Both the position numbers and the translations under genes were made by a program. A DNA stretch of 64,000 bases. Origin: a virus. Positions 36,437 to 46,376 of this stretch are shown here, in pieces. A model generated the notes under the pieces. That model had not been told where the DNA came from, searched no databases, and saw nothing but the letters and a program-made list of their open reading frames with translations. The DNA is taken from the IMG/VR virus record IMGVR_UViG_3300032294_002706, positions 32,001 through 96,000 of that record, one strand, 5' to 3'. The first letter of the stretch is position 1, and each line of letters begins with the position of its first letter.

Positions 36437-38428
36437 TTAGTTTTGTGCTCTTCTTTGGAGCATTTCAATGTAAGAATTAGAGTAGCCTCTTAGACTTTCA
36501 TTGACTTGTTTTAACGAGACATAACCTTCTTTACCTTGGTTTTCGTTAATTGTTTGATTATTTATATTTGCTTGAGTAGCAATTCTTTCACTAATTCCTC
36601 TAAGATTACGTGAATCCCAGAAAGCTTTAACTTGGTATGGAGTGTTCAACGACATGTTGTTAGCTTGTGCTGAAATCCAATTTTTTTCACTGTCTGTCAT
36701 GCTTTCGTATAGTTCTTTGTATTGAGCAGGCATGAATTTAACGTAGTTAGGAGTGTTTTCAACGTGCTTGTTAAGAACGGCTTCCATGATATTAACTACT
36801 TCGTCTTCTGTGAAGAAGATAGCACCTCTCATTGTCTCAACGATTGCTGTTTTAGACGCTTGATCCAAGTTGTAAAATGCTTGTTTTCTAGCTTCGCTTA
36901 ACAATTTTAAGAAAGGATATTTACCTTCCAATACTGCATTTGCTGTATTTGATTTGATATGTGTTAAGATACCGTCAACTGCATTAACTAAATCATCAAC
37001 TGATGAAGTTTCGGAGATTTCAAAATCAGCGCTTTCGTTTAATTTTTTAACCTCTCCCAATAGAGAACGAGTTTTAGCTGTTGCTCCAGGAATCATTTTT
37101 TCATTTAAAGATTCAGCGATGTAGCTAGAATACTTGATACCTTTATCTAAGTTTTCTCCTAAATAGTTAGAATATTGAATTGTTGCATCAAGATTCTCAG
37201 CTAAATAGTTAGAGAATTTAATTCCGTTCTCTGCGTGTTCTGCAACGTGCTCAGCATATTGAATGCTTAGATCAACGTTCTCAGCTAGGTAGTTTGCGTA
37301 CTCTACTGTTTTTTCAACATTTTCTGCAACGTATTCAGCGTAGTTAGCTGTTTCATTTACTTTTTTACCTAAGTAATCAGAGTAAGCAATGTTCTTTTGA
37401 ACTTTGTCTCCTAAGTAATCAGAGTAGTCAATTACGTTGTTTACTTTTTCTGCAACGTGTTCAGTGTAATTAACACTTTGATTCATCATTGTTGAAAGGT
37501 AGTTAGTATATTCAACTAGGCTTTCCATTTCGCCAGCTAAGTAGTTTACGTACTCAACCATTTTCGAAACTACTGGTGATTCATCAGTTGAAGCGTTTTC
37601 AGAGATCTTTTGAAGACCTTTATTGTTTTTAGAGATGCTCTCTTGTAAAGCTGAGAATTTCTTTTTAACCAATTCGGAGTATTGGTTCATCTCGTCTTTT
37701 GTTACAAACTCATTAGCCATTTGCTGTGTATTATTTTGTTTAGTTGGTGTTTCAGAATTATTTATTTTATAGATTCTCACAGAATCTTCAAAATTGAAGT
37801 TTTCAGAAATATCCGTTAATTTATTGGTAATTGCAGTAGTCTTTAGATTATCTAAAGATTCAAAAATCGCTGAGAAACTGCCTTGTAAGCTTTCAGATAC
37901 CTGAGATAGGGAAGCTTGTGAGAAACCTGGTTCAGCTACCAGATCGTAAGTGAATATCTTGTGTAGTTTAACCTTGCCGTTCTGATCAACATTACCTGCT
38001 GCTCTAGAAGATACTGAGGTTGTACAGCCAGATTCAACCAAGGTCTTTGCGATCTTTCCGCATGGAGTATCAAGAAGGCGTAGTCTAATCTTTACGCTAT
38101 TCGAACTTTCGTCGTATGTAAGATCTTCAATTACGTGAGATACGTTAGCTAAGGAAATATCGAATTTTTGTGGATGATCAAGTTCACCAAAGAGTCTGCG
38201 CTCTTCGATCTTCTTGTTTAAATACTGTAAGTGAGGTAAGTACTCGTTCTTTTCGTATACACGATTGTTTTCGTTTACGACTCCAAAAACGGCAGCAGTA
38301 CCTTCAAGAATAACGTCACCGTTAGTTTCTTTAGTTACAGTAACGGCCTCGTTAATTCTTTCAATGATGAACACTGAATTTTCAGGAATAACCGTTTGGT
38401 TTAGGTTAGCGATTTTAGTATTACTCAA
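36437..38428 (-). CDS. Prohead protease (gp21-like) fused to a scaffold/core domain
   Basis: NENNRVY, GELDHP, LLDTPCGKIA, VSSRAAG and YDLVAEPGF, followed by a long helical repeat region. Confidence 0.9.
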   Translation of the reverse strand: MSNTKIANLNQTVIPENSVFIIERINEAVTVTKETNGDVILEGTAAVFGVVNENNRVYEKNEYLPHLQYLNKKIEERRLFGELDHPQKFDISLANVSHVIEDLTYDESSNSVKIRLRLLDTPCGKIAKTLVESGCTTSVSSRAAGNVDQNGKVKLHKIFTYDLVAEPGFSQASLSQVSESLQGSFSAIFESLDNLKTTAITNKLTDISENFNFEDSVRIYKINNSETPTKQNNTQQMANEFVTKDEMNQYSELVKKKFSALQESISKNNKGLQKISENASTDESPVVSKMVEYVNYLAGEMESLVEYTNYLSTMMNQSVNYTEHVAEKVNNVIDYSDYLGDKVQKNIAYSDYLGKKVNETANYAEYVAENVEKTVEYANYLAENVDLSIQYAEHVAEHAENGIKFSNYLAENLDATIQYSNYLGENLDKGIKYSSYIAESLNEKMIPGATAKTRSLLGEVKKLNESADFEISETSSVDDLVNAVDGILTHIKSNTANAVLEGKYPFLKLLSEARKQAFYNLDQASKTAIVETMRGAIFFTEDEVVNIMEAVLNKHVENTPNYVKFMPAQYKELYESMTDSEKNWISAQANNMSLNTPYQVKAFWDSRNLRGISERIATQANINNQTINENQGKEGYVSLKQVNESLRGYSNSYIEMLQRRAQN
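36559..36566 (-). promoter_or_regulatory. Late promoter TATAAATA inside the scaffold 3' end, upstream of the major capsid gene
   Basis: Exact T4 late consensus about 140 nt before the capsid ATG. Confidence 0.65.
37097..37552 (-). repeat. Eleven 14-aa (42-nt) tandem repeats in the scaffold domain
   Basis: YxxY(L/V)AExxxxxIx units from YVNYLAGEMESLVE to YSSYIAESLNEK. Confidence 0.85.
37759..37766 (-). promoter_or_regulatory. Internal late promoter motif AATAAATA preceding the in-frame ATG at 37720
   Basis: About 40 nt upstream of CAAAATAATACACAGCAA-ATG. Confidence 0.55.
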
Positions 38429-38448
38429 CGTAATTCGGCTTTTTTGAT

Positions 38449-38456
38449 TATTTATA
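38449..38456 (-). promoter_or_regulatory. Late promoter TATAAATA upstream of the prohead protease gene
   Basis: Exact consensus 20 nt before the start codon. Confidence 0.75.
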
Positions 38457-38492
38457 CGTGCCCCCTTTCATATAAGGTGAGCAGTACTATCA

Positions 38493-39386
38493 TTATTTAT
38501 TAAAGTCGAGTAGCAAGTCTTTTAAAATCTGTAGTTTTTCTTCACTAATTTTTGAAAAATCCGGTTTGGTCACAATTATCTTGAATACGTAATTGCCCCT
38601 ATTGCCGAAGGCTGAAACCAGTCCCTGATTGGGTATTCTGACAGTAATGTCATTAAGGGTGTCCCGATTAAAGGATTTTATTCGATATTTCTTACCTAGC
38701 CGACTCTCTAGTAGAGTCTCTTCATTAAATAGCACATCGTGTAATGACAGTTCAATTCGTTGAACGATATCACTTTGATCAATTGCAAGTTCTAATAGAT
38801 CAATGTTTACTCTAACAATTAGATCTCCGGTTGCTAACATTTTTCTGGCCCTGCCAAAGAAATCAGTTTCATTTATCTCTTGTACGGAACCTCCGCCCCT
38901 AATCTTTAGCAGAATACAGTATCTGCCATTTTCAAAGGTGATAGGATAGCCGTTCTCTGCTAGGTTTACCGATACCTTTACGTTCTTCATTTCGGAGCTT
39001 TTTGAACCTCCTACCTCTTTGGTAATGGAATACTGAACATCAAATGAAGTTCCTTCCATTAATTCTTTAATTGATGCCCATTTATCGACAGTGTGAGTTA
39101 GATTCTTTAGATTAGACCTGTGTCCGCCAAATGAAAAATCCTGAAAACTGTCATAGAAGTTATTATGATGGCCGCGTGGACCACGACTTGCATCGTATGT
39201 CTTACGTTTAGCTGCATTACCTAGAGTTTCGTATGCTTCTGCAATCTCTTTGAACTTATCCTCAGATTCCTTGCTTCCTCCATTTTTGTCAGGATGGTGT
39301 TCGGTCACAAGCTTACGATATGCCTTTTTGATTTCCTCTTGAGAAGCAGTTTCTGCAACTCCTAACGTTTCATAATAATTTTTCAA
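38493..39386 (-). CDS. dnaJ: DnaJ-like co-chaperone (J domain, no zinc finger)
   Basis: [32 protein letters not shown]; C-terminal GDLIV/RGNYV. Confidence 0.9.
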   Translation of the reverse strand: MKNYYETLGVAETASQEEIKKAYRKLVTEHHPDKNGGSKESEDKFKEIAEAYETLGNAAKRKTYDASRGPRGHHNNFYDSFQDFSFGGHRSNLKNLTHTVDKWASIKELMEGTSFDVQYSITKEVGGSKSSEMKNVKVSVNLAENGYPITFENGRYCILLKIRGGGSVQEINETDFFGRARKMLATGDLIVRVNIDLLELAIDQSDIVQRIELSLHDVLFNEETLLESRLGKKYRIKSFNRDTLNDITVRIPNQGLVSAFGNRGNYVFKIIVTKPDFSKISEEKLQILKDLLLDFNK

Positions 39387-39414
39387 TGATTAAATCTAGT
39401 ATGATATTTACAGT

Positions 39415-39441
39415 ATAATACTAAATACCTTCAACAAGTTT
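39415..39441 (-). promoter_or_regulatory. Putative early/middle promoter AAAC-N17-TATTAT for dnaJ
   Basis: Recurring motif on the minus strand. Confidence 0.65.
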
Positions 39442-39449
39442 ATCTTGTC

Positions 39450-39457
39450 AATAAATA
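39450..39457 (+). promoter_or_regulatory. Late promoter motif AATAAATA upstream of the glycosyltransferase operon
   Basis: 20 nt before the GTG start at 39478. Confidence 0.55.
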
Positions 39458-39477
39458 AGAAAAAGTAAAATTCTCAA

Positions 39478-41514
39478 GTGAAAACAGTATTATTTACCTA
39501 CTATGCCAATCCGGCACAAGACATTTTTCTAGAAAACGTTGAATCACTACTTAAAAATAGTGCATGTGAATATGACGAAATTGTTATTTGTTCTCAGATA
39601 GACGTACCAGTTAAAATAATAAAGGCCTTGTCAAAGCACGCAATAGTAAGCCGAGTTTTTCCGGATCACAATGCACAACAAGCAAAAAGATCATCCAATC
39701 CAAATCGTTCTTATAAAGTCAGCCCATTCATGCTAACTGCTCTATCTTATAAGGAATCGATAGTTACTGTTTTTGATTCTCAGTTATTCGTGATTAGCCC
39801 AATAGCTAATTATTCAGGCAATAATATCTTTTATAAGAACCACCGAGGAGCATTAATCACGCAGCTTTTTACAATCGTTAATACCGAATCAACTGCCAAT
39901 CTATTAATAAAGAGTTTAATTGACTGTGATTTCACAGATGATTCAACTAGCCATAAATTCACATTCATTATCGCAAACGCTGTACCGTTCAATACTGCAA
40001 CTATTTACGACAAGGCGTTCATATTCAGCGATCCTTCCGAGCATGATGTTATAAATGAGGATAAGCTAATTGCGTTTGACCTATCAGAGACAATGACCTC
40101 GTCCATGATACATAAGCAGATGTGGGCCATTCGAAAAACCTACATTCCAAAAGTTTCAACCCTAACTAAAATTGCAAATCATGCAAATTCAATAGTTTCA
40201 ACGGCAGTCGCCGCGATTCAAGAGGTTGAAATGCCATTCACAAAGACCGGCAGTCATGATCCAGTAATATTATTCAAATACACTTCAAGGAGTCGACCTG
40301 ATCAGTTTTATCGAGGTTTGATTAGTATCATCAATAAATGTTCAAGTCCAAACTATTTAATATTGTGTAGTTTCGATCATAACGATCCAGCATTACCTAC
40401 TTATTTAGAATACATCAAGGATTTGAATGATGACCGACTCACAGTCTGTTTAGGAGATAGTAAAAGCAAAATTGACGCAATAAATAGAGATATTAATACA
40501 TACGATAAGCATTGGGATATTGTTGTTAACATGTCAGACGATATGATTTTCACAAAGAATGGATTTGACTTAATAATAAAAAGCGATTTCATTCAATACT
40601 TTCCAAAGTTTGATGGGGTAATGCACTATCCTGATCAAGATGCCGGCGAAAAATTAATGACTCTATCGATACTAGGTAGAAATTATTATCTTCGATTCAA
40701 TTACATATACCATCCAGACTATTCATCTCTATGGTGTGATAACGAAGCAATGGAAGTATCAATAATGCTTGGAAAATATCGATACTCTTCGGTCCGAATG
40801 TTCGATCACATTCACCCAGCATACGGCCATTGTCAAACTGACGAGCAATATAAACACACTGAATCTTTTTACCACGCAGATAATGCGGTGTACTTACAGA
40901 GAAAGGCTAGAGGTTTTAAATTAAAGTTTGCAATATTAATTGCAACAATTGAGACCCGAAAACCTCAGTTTGAAAAACTAAGAAGTTTCTTACAATCTCA
41001 AATAGTTAAAAATTCTCTAGTTGGTCAATGCGAAATAGTCCACATTAGTGATAACAAGGAGATCTCAGTTGGATTAAAAAGACAACGCCTATTGGAAATA
41101 GCCAATAGTAATTACGTTGCATTCATAGACGATGATGATTGGGTTAGCGATGATTACTTACCAATGATCATAAATTCAATAGATTCAAATTCACCAGATT
41201 CAATTGGATTTTTAATTAGATGCACATTTGACAGATCTTCGCCAATCATGGCAAAAGCCTCAAACAAATATGCAGATTGGGCAGAAGACATTGACGGATA
41301 CAAGTACGTTAGAACACCTTATCACAAAACTCCAATCAGGAGAGACCTCGCCATTCAAATAGGATTTAAAGACATTCGATATGCTGAAGATCACGATTAC
41401 AGTCGTAGATTAAAAGCTGCAGGTCTAATAAGAAAAGAAGATTTTATCGACTCTCCTCTCTACTATTATAGTTATGTACATGAGAATCCAAATACAAAAT
41501 ACGGTTTAAAATAA
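39478..41514 (+). CDS. Multi-domain GT-A glycosyltransferase (two GT2-like domains plus a degenerate N-terminal GT-like domain)
   Basis: FKYTSRSRP...VNMSDDM...WCDNE; ILIATIETR...YVAFIDDDD...AEDHDY. Confidence 0.85.
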   Translation: MKTVLFTYYANPAQDIFLENVESLLKNSACEYDEIVICSQIDVPVKIIKALSKHAIVSRVFPDHNAQQAKRSSNPNRSYKVSPFMLTALSYKESIVTVFDSQLFVISPIANYSGNNIFYKNHRGALITQLFTIVNTESTANLLIKSLIDCDFTDDSTSHKFTFIIANAVPFNTATIYDKAFIFSDPSEHDVINEDKLIAFDLSETMTSSMIHKQMWAIRKTYIPKVSTLTKIANHANSIVSTAVAAIQEVEMPFTKTGSHDPVILFKYTSRSRPDQFYRGLISIINKCSSPNYLILCSFDHNDPALPTYLEYIKDLNDDRLTVCLGDSKSKIDAINRDINTYDKHWDIVVNMSDDMIFTKNGFDLIIKSDFIQYFPKFDGVMHYPDQDAGEKLMTLSILGRNYYLRFNYIYHPDYSSLWCDNEAMEVSIMLGKYRYSSVRMFDHIHPAYGHCQTDEQYKHTESFYHADNAVYLQRKARGFKLKFAILIATIETRKPQFEKLRSFLQSQIVKNSLVGQCEIVHISDNKEISVGLKRQRLLEIANSNYVAFIDDDDWVSDDYLPMIINSIDSNSPDSIGFLIRCTFDRSSPIMAKASNKYADWAEDIDGYKYVRTPYHKTPIRRDLAIQIGFKDIRYAEDHDYSRRLKAAGLIRKEDFIDSPLYYYSYVHENPNTKYGLK

Positions 41515-41517
41515 AAA

Positions 41518-42195
41518 ATGGAAGCAAGTAAAGTTAAAGTTTGCATACTAAATGCATCGAACGGAACAGGCTGGTATCCAGTAGGATCACATAGACTTAA
41601 AAGATCATTAATCCATCATGGATATGCTCATGATCTTTTATTTTTCAATAATTGGCCAAACAATGAGTTTGATAAAATGTGTCCTTATAATATAAAAGCA
41701 GCCGCCTTTGCTGAGGCCTTGAAGAAGGACTACGATATTATATTATGGGCAGATTGCTCGGTATGGGCAATTGACTATCCGTATCCGGTTCTAGACATAA
41801 TAAATCATGACGGCTATTACTTTTGGAGATCTGGATATACATGCGATCAAACTTGTTCAGATGCATGCCTAGATTATTTTGGAGTCGACAGAGATACTGC
41901 CGAGACTTATCAAGATGTTTCAACTTCCCTATTTGGAATCCATACAAAAAACGAACTTGGAGCAAGATTCATTAATGAATGGCTACAGTCAGCAAAGGAC
42001 GGCCAATTTAAAGGATCTAGAGAACACGACGGTCAGTCTAAAGATCCTAGATTTCTATTCCACCGCCAAGATCAATCATGTGCAAGCCTTATCGCGAATA
42101 AGCTTGGGCTAAAGATTCACAATGAAGGCGATCACATTCAATATTACAAGAAAAAACAACCCGACAATCTCATATTCACAATGAGAGGTCTTTAA
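41518..42195 (+). CDS. Putative glycosyltransferase (GT-A-like)
   Basis: YNIKAAAF, ILWADCS (DxD-like), HRQDQS. Confidence 0.65.
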   Translation: MEASKVKVCILNASNGTGWYPVGSHRLKRSLIHHGYAHDLLFFNNWPNNEFDKMCPYNIKAAAFAEALKKDYDIILWADCSVWAIDYPYPVLDIINHDGYYFWRSGYTCDQTCSDACLDYFGVDRDTAETYQDVSTSLFGIHTKNELGARFINEWLQSAKDGQFKGSREHDGQSKDPRFLFHRQDQSCASLIANKLGLKIHNEGDHIQYYKKKQPDNLIFTMRGL

Positions 42196-42208
42196 AAAAC
42201 TCAAATTT

Positions 42209-42832
42209 ATGTATTCACAAAACGACGAAGAAACAATTCTTTTACAACACCTAACTTTACCAACTGGCACGTTGCTTGATATTGGAGCAAATGACGGAAA
42301 AACTCTCTCAAATTCATTAGCTTTAATCGAAAGAGGCTGGTCTGCTGCCTTGGTTGAACCTGCCAAAATTCCATTTTCAAAATTAGTGGAGTTACATAAA
42401 GACAATCAAAATGTCCAGTGTATTAATTTAGCGATAGGAACTCAAATCGGCGAACTCAAATTTTACTCTAGCGGTACTCACCTGAAAGCCGGCGACACTG
42501 ATCTTCTTTCAACTCTGTGTGAATCGGAATTGGATCGATGGGCCGGTACCGACAATGAATTTACTGAAGAGACAGTATCCGTTGTCGATTTTAAAACATT
42601 CTTAGACCATTCTAATTTCAAGAAATTCGATCTGGTCTTGATTGATGCAGAAGGCCTTGATTATGAGATTCTAACTCAGATCGACCTTAATCAAATTGAG
42701 TGTTCAATGATTGTGGTTGAGACGAACAGCAAGGATGATGCTAAGTACATCAAGTATTGTGAATCATTCGGTTTTAAACAAATTCATAAGACTTACGAAA
42801 ACTTAATTTTTTCAAAAAATCAAAATTCGTAA
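42209..42832 (+). CDS. FkbM-family SAM-dependent methyltransferase
   Basis: YSQNDEE, LDIGANDG..LSNS, LVEP, LIDAEGLDYEIL. Confidence 0.9.
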   Translation: MYSQNDEETILLQHLTLPTGTLLDIGANDGKTLSNSLALIERGWSAALVEPAKIPFSKLVELHKDNQNVQCINLAIGTQIGELKFYSSGTHLKAGDTDLLSTLCESELDRWAGTDNEFTEETVSVVDFKTFLDHSNFKKFDLVLIDAEGLDYEILTQIDLNQIECSMIVVETNSKDDAKYIKYCESFGFKQIHKTYENLIFSKNQNS

Positions 42833-43615
42833 ATGGCTCACTTGGACATAACAGCCGGCACAGGCTTTTTTTCATGCTCAACTGAAGCTCTGTTAAATTT
42901 GGTAATTTACTCATCACTAAATGGGAGAATTCCAAATTCAATCGATCGTAGTAAACAATACGAGTATCATAAGAGCGATTCTATTACTGACCTGATTCCA
43001 TATTACTTTGAAGAATCAGCTGAGCCTTTTGATGTCCCTCAAGGAGTTCAAATAAATTCAGACGGAGTCTATTCTCAATTCTGCGATTATCGAACGATCC
43101 AATTCGATGCAATGAAGGCCTACTTACTAAAGTACTTTCAGCCAAGTAAGAGAGTCAAGAATCGTGAGTCGGAGTTCATTCGTAATTACGAAATTTCTCC
43201 TGAAAATACTTGCGCTATTTTCTATAGAGGAAACGATAAATCTAGAGAAACTACTATCGCCAACTACTCTGAATTTATTGCACAGGCTAAAATAGTCAAA
43301 ACTGAAAATCCGACAATTGAATTCCTAGTTCAAACTGACGAAACTGAATTTCTTGAACTATTTTTAAGAGAGTTCCCTGATGCTAAGTACATATCTGAAA
43401 TTCCAAGAATTTCTAAGCAGGACAATTGGGTTACTCAAACTCTAAATAGAGATTCTCGTCCAGATTTCGGAGTAGACTTCTTTAGTTCAGTTTTAATACT
43501 CGCAAAGTGCAAATCTCTCATAACTCACTCCGGGAATTGCGGATTTTGGAGCGTTCTTTATAGAGGCTCGTTCGATGGAGTACGCCAATGGCAAAATGAT
43601 CATTGGATAATTTAA
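42833..43615 (+). CDS. Fucosyltransferase-like GT-B protein (NodZ/GT23/GT11-like)
   Basis: GFFS, IFYRGNDK, FLVQTD, ILAKCKSLI..SGNCGFW. Confidence 0.7.
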   Translation: MAHLDITAGTGFFSCSTEALLNLVIYSSLNGRIPNSIDRSKQYEYHKSDSITDLIPYYFEESAEPFDVPQGVQINSDGVYSQFCDYRTIQFDAMKAYLLKYFQPSKRVKNRESEFIRNYEISPENTCAIFYRGNDKSRETTIANYSEFIAQAKIVKTENPTIEFLVQTDETEFLELFLREFPDAKYISEIPRISKQDNWVTQTLNRDSRPDFGVDFFSSVLILAKCKSLITHSGNCGFWSVLYRGSFDGVRQWQNDHWII

Positions 43616-43628
43616 AAAATTTATTATT

Positions 43629-44480
43629 ATGAAATTAGCAGTAGGTTACGTAGTTTTTGATGGGCTTGAAACGCTAGAAGCCTCAATTCGATCAATCCGA
43701 GAATGTGTTGATATTGTGATCGTCTCTTATCAGACGGTATCATGGGGAAATACTCAGTGTTCTCCATTGTTGGTGCCCACACTAGAGAGGCTCAAGGAGA
43801 ATGGGCTAGTTGATGTAATAATGGAATTCACAAAATTCGTCCCATCATCTCTGACTAAACCAGACGATGTGATCCGCGCTAAAAAATACGAATGTGATAA
43901 GAGACAGAGCTGTTTAGATAAAGCTCTTGAACTTGGAGCAACTCATTATACTTCAATGGACGCTGATGAGTTCTATATCAAGGAACAGTTTGAGGAGGCG
44001 AAACGCCAAATCATACAAGATAAGTTACAGGCAACTGCCGTTCGTTACATAAACTACTTGACTCCAACTCTACATCAGGGCTATTCTAAATTCAAGGTGC
44101 CTTTCATTTACGAGATTGGGCCAAACAGTCGACATCATGCACTACAGTTCATGTTCTCAGATATCGATCCAACTCGCGGAATCACCGATGATTCGTACAC
44201 CAGATCTAGAGTTTTTGAACGTGACTTGATAACGATGCATCACATGGAAATGGTTAGGGAAGACCTACTTGGAAAGTACCAAGCCTCAAGCCGATACTTT
44301 AGAAATAGACAGGACCTTCCAATCTTGGCTGAAGATATTATTCATGCCAAGAAAACCAAGGAACTTAAGTTTAGAGCAATTCATTTTGGTGATTCGCTAA
44401 GCGGTTTAAATAAGGAATTAGTATTGACTGAATGCGAAGATCTTTTCGACTTACATTCCTACCGTTACGGTACCCGATAA
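43629..44480 (+). CDS. Putative glycosyltransferase (GT2-like)
   Basis: LEASIRSIRECVDIVIV, ECDKRQ, SMDADEFY, MHHMEMVR. Confidence 0.75.
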   Translation: MKLAVGYVVFDGLETLEASIRSIRECVDIVIVSYQTVSWGNTQCSPLLVPTLERLKENGLVDVIMEFTKFVPSSLTKPDDVIRAKKYECDKRQSCLDKALELGATHYTSMDADEFYIKEQFEEAKRQIIQDKLQATAVRYINYLTPTLHQGYSKFKVPFIYEIGPNSRHHALQFMFSDIDPTRGITDDSYTRSRVFERDLITMHHMEMVREDLLGKYQASSRYFRNRQDLPILAEDIIHAKKTKELKFRAIHFGDSLSGLNKELVLTECEDLFDLHSYRYGTR

Positions 44481-45254
44481 TAATTTAGGTAACATCGAAG
44501 TAACGTATGCGGAGTTTGCACCAGGTGTGCTTGGCATTTTGGCATCTATCGCTGATGCTAGGGTCACTAATATTTCAAATAAAGTATTTCCCATTACTGC
44601 ATGTTCAGCCTTTGCATTCGCGCCAATGTTAGTTAATTGACCGTTAACGTTTATTGTTTGTCCTTCTAGTGTTATTACGTTAGAAGTAACGTTCACTTGG
44701 GAAGAACTTTGCACGTTGATAACGTTGCCATCAAATTCCATTGAGGATAGTCCATCCTTATGATAAATTTCAATCTTTGAATTTTGATCAATCGTCAAGT
44801 AGGAGTCCTTCATTTCAAAGGTCAGTCCTCTACCCTTAGTGAAGTATATTTTGATATGCTCATCTCCATCAAATAGAATATAGTGAGCTCCCTCATACTC
44901 ATAATCCGTGCTGGACTGCAGAGCCTCCTTAATATCATCTCCGATCTCTTGGATTTGACCGTATTCTGGTGAATAGAGATTTCCATTATTAAAAACAACT
45001 TCAACTATTGAACCTTTCTTGGGAATTGAAATTGATCCAGCCTTTGCGTACTGTCCAAAGAAAGTCGGCTTTTTCATTTGTATTGCCCATGGAATATCTT
45101 CAACCTCTAAGTTATCAAATATGCTGAAAACTCTGACTCTACAGCGACCTTCTCTCAATGGGTCTTTTACATCAACTACTTCGCCCAAGTACTTGGTAAC
45201 AATTAATTCTGCACCGCTTTGATCTTTTACAATTTCATTATTTGAAGTTATCAT
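44451..45254 (-). CDS. Baseplate central spike/hub, gp5/VgrG-like N-terminal OB-fold protein
   Basis: YLGEVVDVKDPLREGRCRVRVF..IPWA..IPKKGSIVEVVF, followed by beta-strand repeats. Confidence 0.85.
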   Translation of the reverse strand: MITSNNEIVKDQSGAELIVTKYLGEVVDVKDPLREGRCRVRVFSIFDNLEVEDIPWAIQMKKPTFFGQYAKAGSISIPKKGSIVEVVFNNGNLYSPEYGQIQEIGDDIKEALQSSTDYEYEGAHYILFDGDEHIKIYFTKGRGLTFEMKDSYLTIDQNSKIEIYHKDGLSSMEFDGNVINVQSSSQVNVTSNVITLEGQTINVNGQLTNIGANAKAEHAVMGNTLFEILVTLASAIDAKMPSTPGANSAYVTSMLPKLLSGTVTVGM

Positions 45255-45261
45255 ATACTAA

Positions 45262-46371
45262 TTATGGGTAAACGTCTCCTAGGTCTCCGTCTTTAATTAT
45301 TTTATTAGTGTCAGCTCCTGGGTAAACATCATCTCTAACGCCTTGACCTCCAGTCGGACCGACTGGTGATCGTCTTCCAAACAGTTGACTTGTTCCAAGA
45401 ACTTCCGTACTTCTATTATACACATTTTGAGCTAACGCGGTTTCAAGGCCAGTCTGTAATTGATTAGTTAGGTCTCCAATGATCCTAGCGGGAAGTCTTG
45501 CTGCACTAGATAAGAACCTTTGTGCTCTACCCTCGAGTGAACTAGCAAGGCCCGAAAAAATACCCAGTGAATGGTAATCCGAGTCTGATGACTCTTCTGA
45601 TTCTTCTAAAACCCAACCGGCTCGTATCTTGAAAGACGTCGTGAACGGCTTATCCTCAGTGTATGCTTTGATTTCACTGCCACTAATTGCTCCTCCGAGT
45701 GTCTCTGAAAAATCAAATTCACATCTTTGTAGTCTGTACTTTATTTGATGTAGTCCGCTTGCTAAATTAGCCGAGCGATCGTTAATGTCCCTAATTTCAA
45801 ATAAGGTAATTGTCATGTCAAAGGTTCTTAGGTTATCCGGTAGCGTGTAGCACATTTTATCCGAATCGTAAATTGCTCTACGATAGTATTCTGCGAACTT
45901 AAGTAGAGGTTGCTCAATTGAATCGATGCAGTTAATCGTAATTTCAGCTTTCTTATCACCTTCTTTCACTCTCATTGCTGCTTTCCATAGCTGATCAACT
46001 CCTTGAATTGATTGAAAGTACCATGGAGACTCTTGTAATTTTCTCAATTGGCTAATTGCTGCCCCCAAAAATAAGTCGTTTCGATTGGTCCAACCTGAAC
46101 CATACGTGATTAACCAATCTTGGGCAGACCATTCGACATTAATGTACTTTGAATTAATGTCAGTTCCCTTTCTAGCAGGTCTCAGTAAATTATCCCAAAA
46201 TAAACCGTCGCCGGTAGTTGAGGGTACAGTACTTATCCAATCACTGTCGGGGGTGGCTTGATTTGGAAAAAAATCAAGGTCGAACGTTAGAAAAATCGGG
46301 TCCTGTACATCGGATAGTGCACTCTTTACGAACTGTTTATAACGCTTAGGTCCATTTATTAATTGAGCCAT
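45262..46371 (-). CDS. Putative baseplate/tail-tube-like structural protein
   Basis: Located in the baseplate operon; tube-like pattern ITINCIDSIE...Y...FDMTITLFE. Confidence 0.5.
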   Translation of the reverse strand: MAQLINGPKRYKQFVKSALSDVQDPIFLTFDLDFFPNQATPDSDWISTVPSTTGDGLFWDNLLRPARKGTDINSKYINVEWSAQDWLITYGSGWTNRNDLFLGAAISQLRKLQESPWYFQSIQGVDQLWKAAMRVKEGDKKAEITINCIDSIEQPLLKFAEYYRRAIYDSDKMCYTLPDNLRTFDMTITLFEIRDINDRSANLASGLHQIKYRLQRCEFDFSETLGGAISGSEIKAYTEDKPFTTSFKIRAGWVLEESEESSDSDYHSLGIFSGLASSLEGRAQRFLSSAARLPARIIGDLTNQLQTGLETALAQNVYNRSTEVLGTSQLFGRRSPVGPTGGQGVRDDVYPGADTNKIIKDGDLGDVYP

Positions 46372-46376
46372 TATTA

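Noticed and set aside
37097-37552. 42-nt periodicity as a possible CRISPR array or non-coding repeat
   Set aside because: The units are degenerate at the DNA level, in frame and protein-coding, with no repeat-spacer structure.
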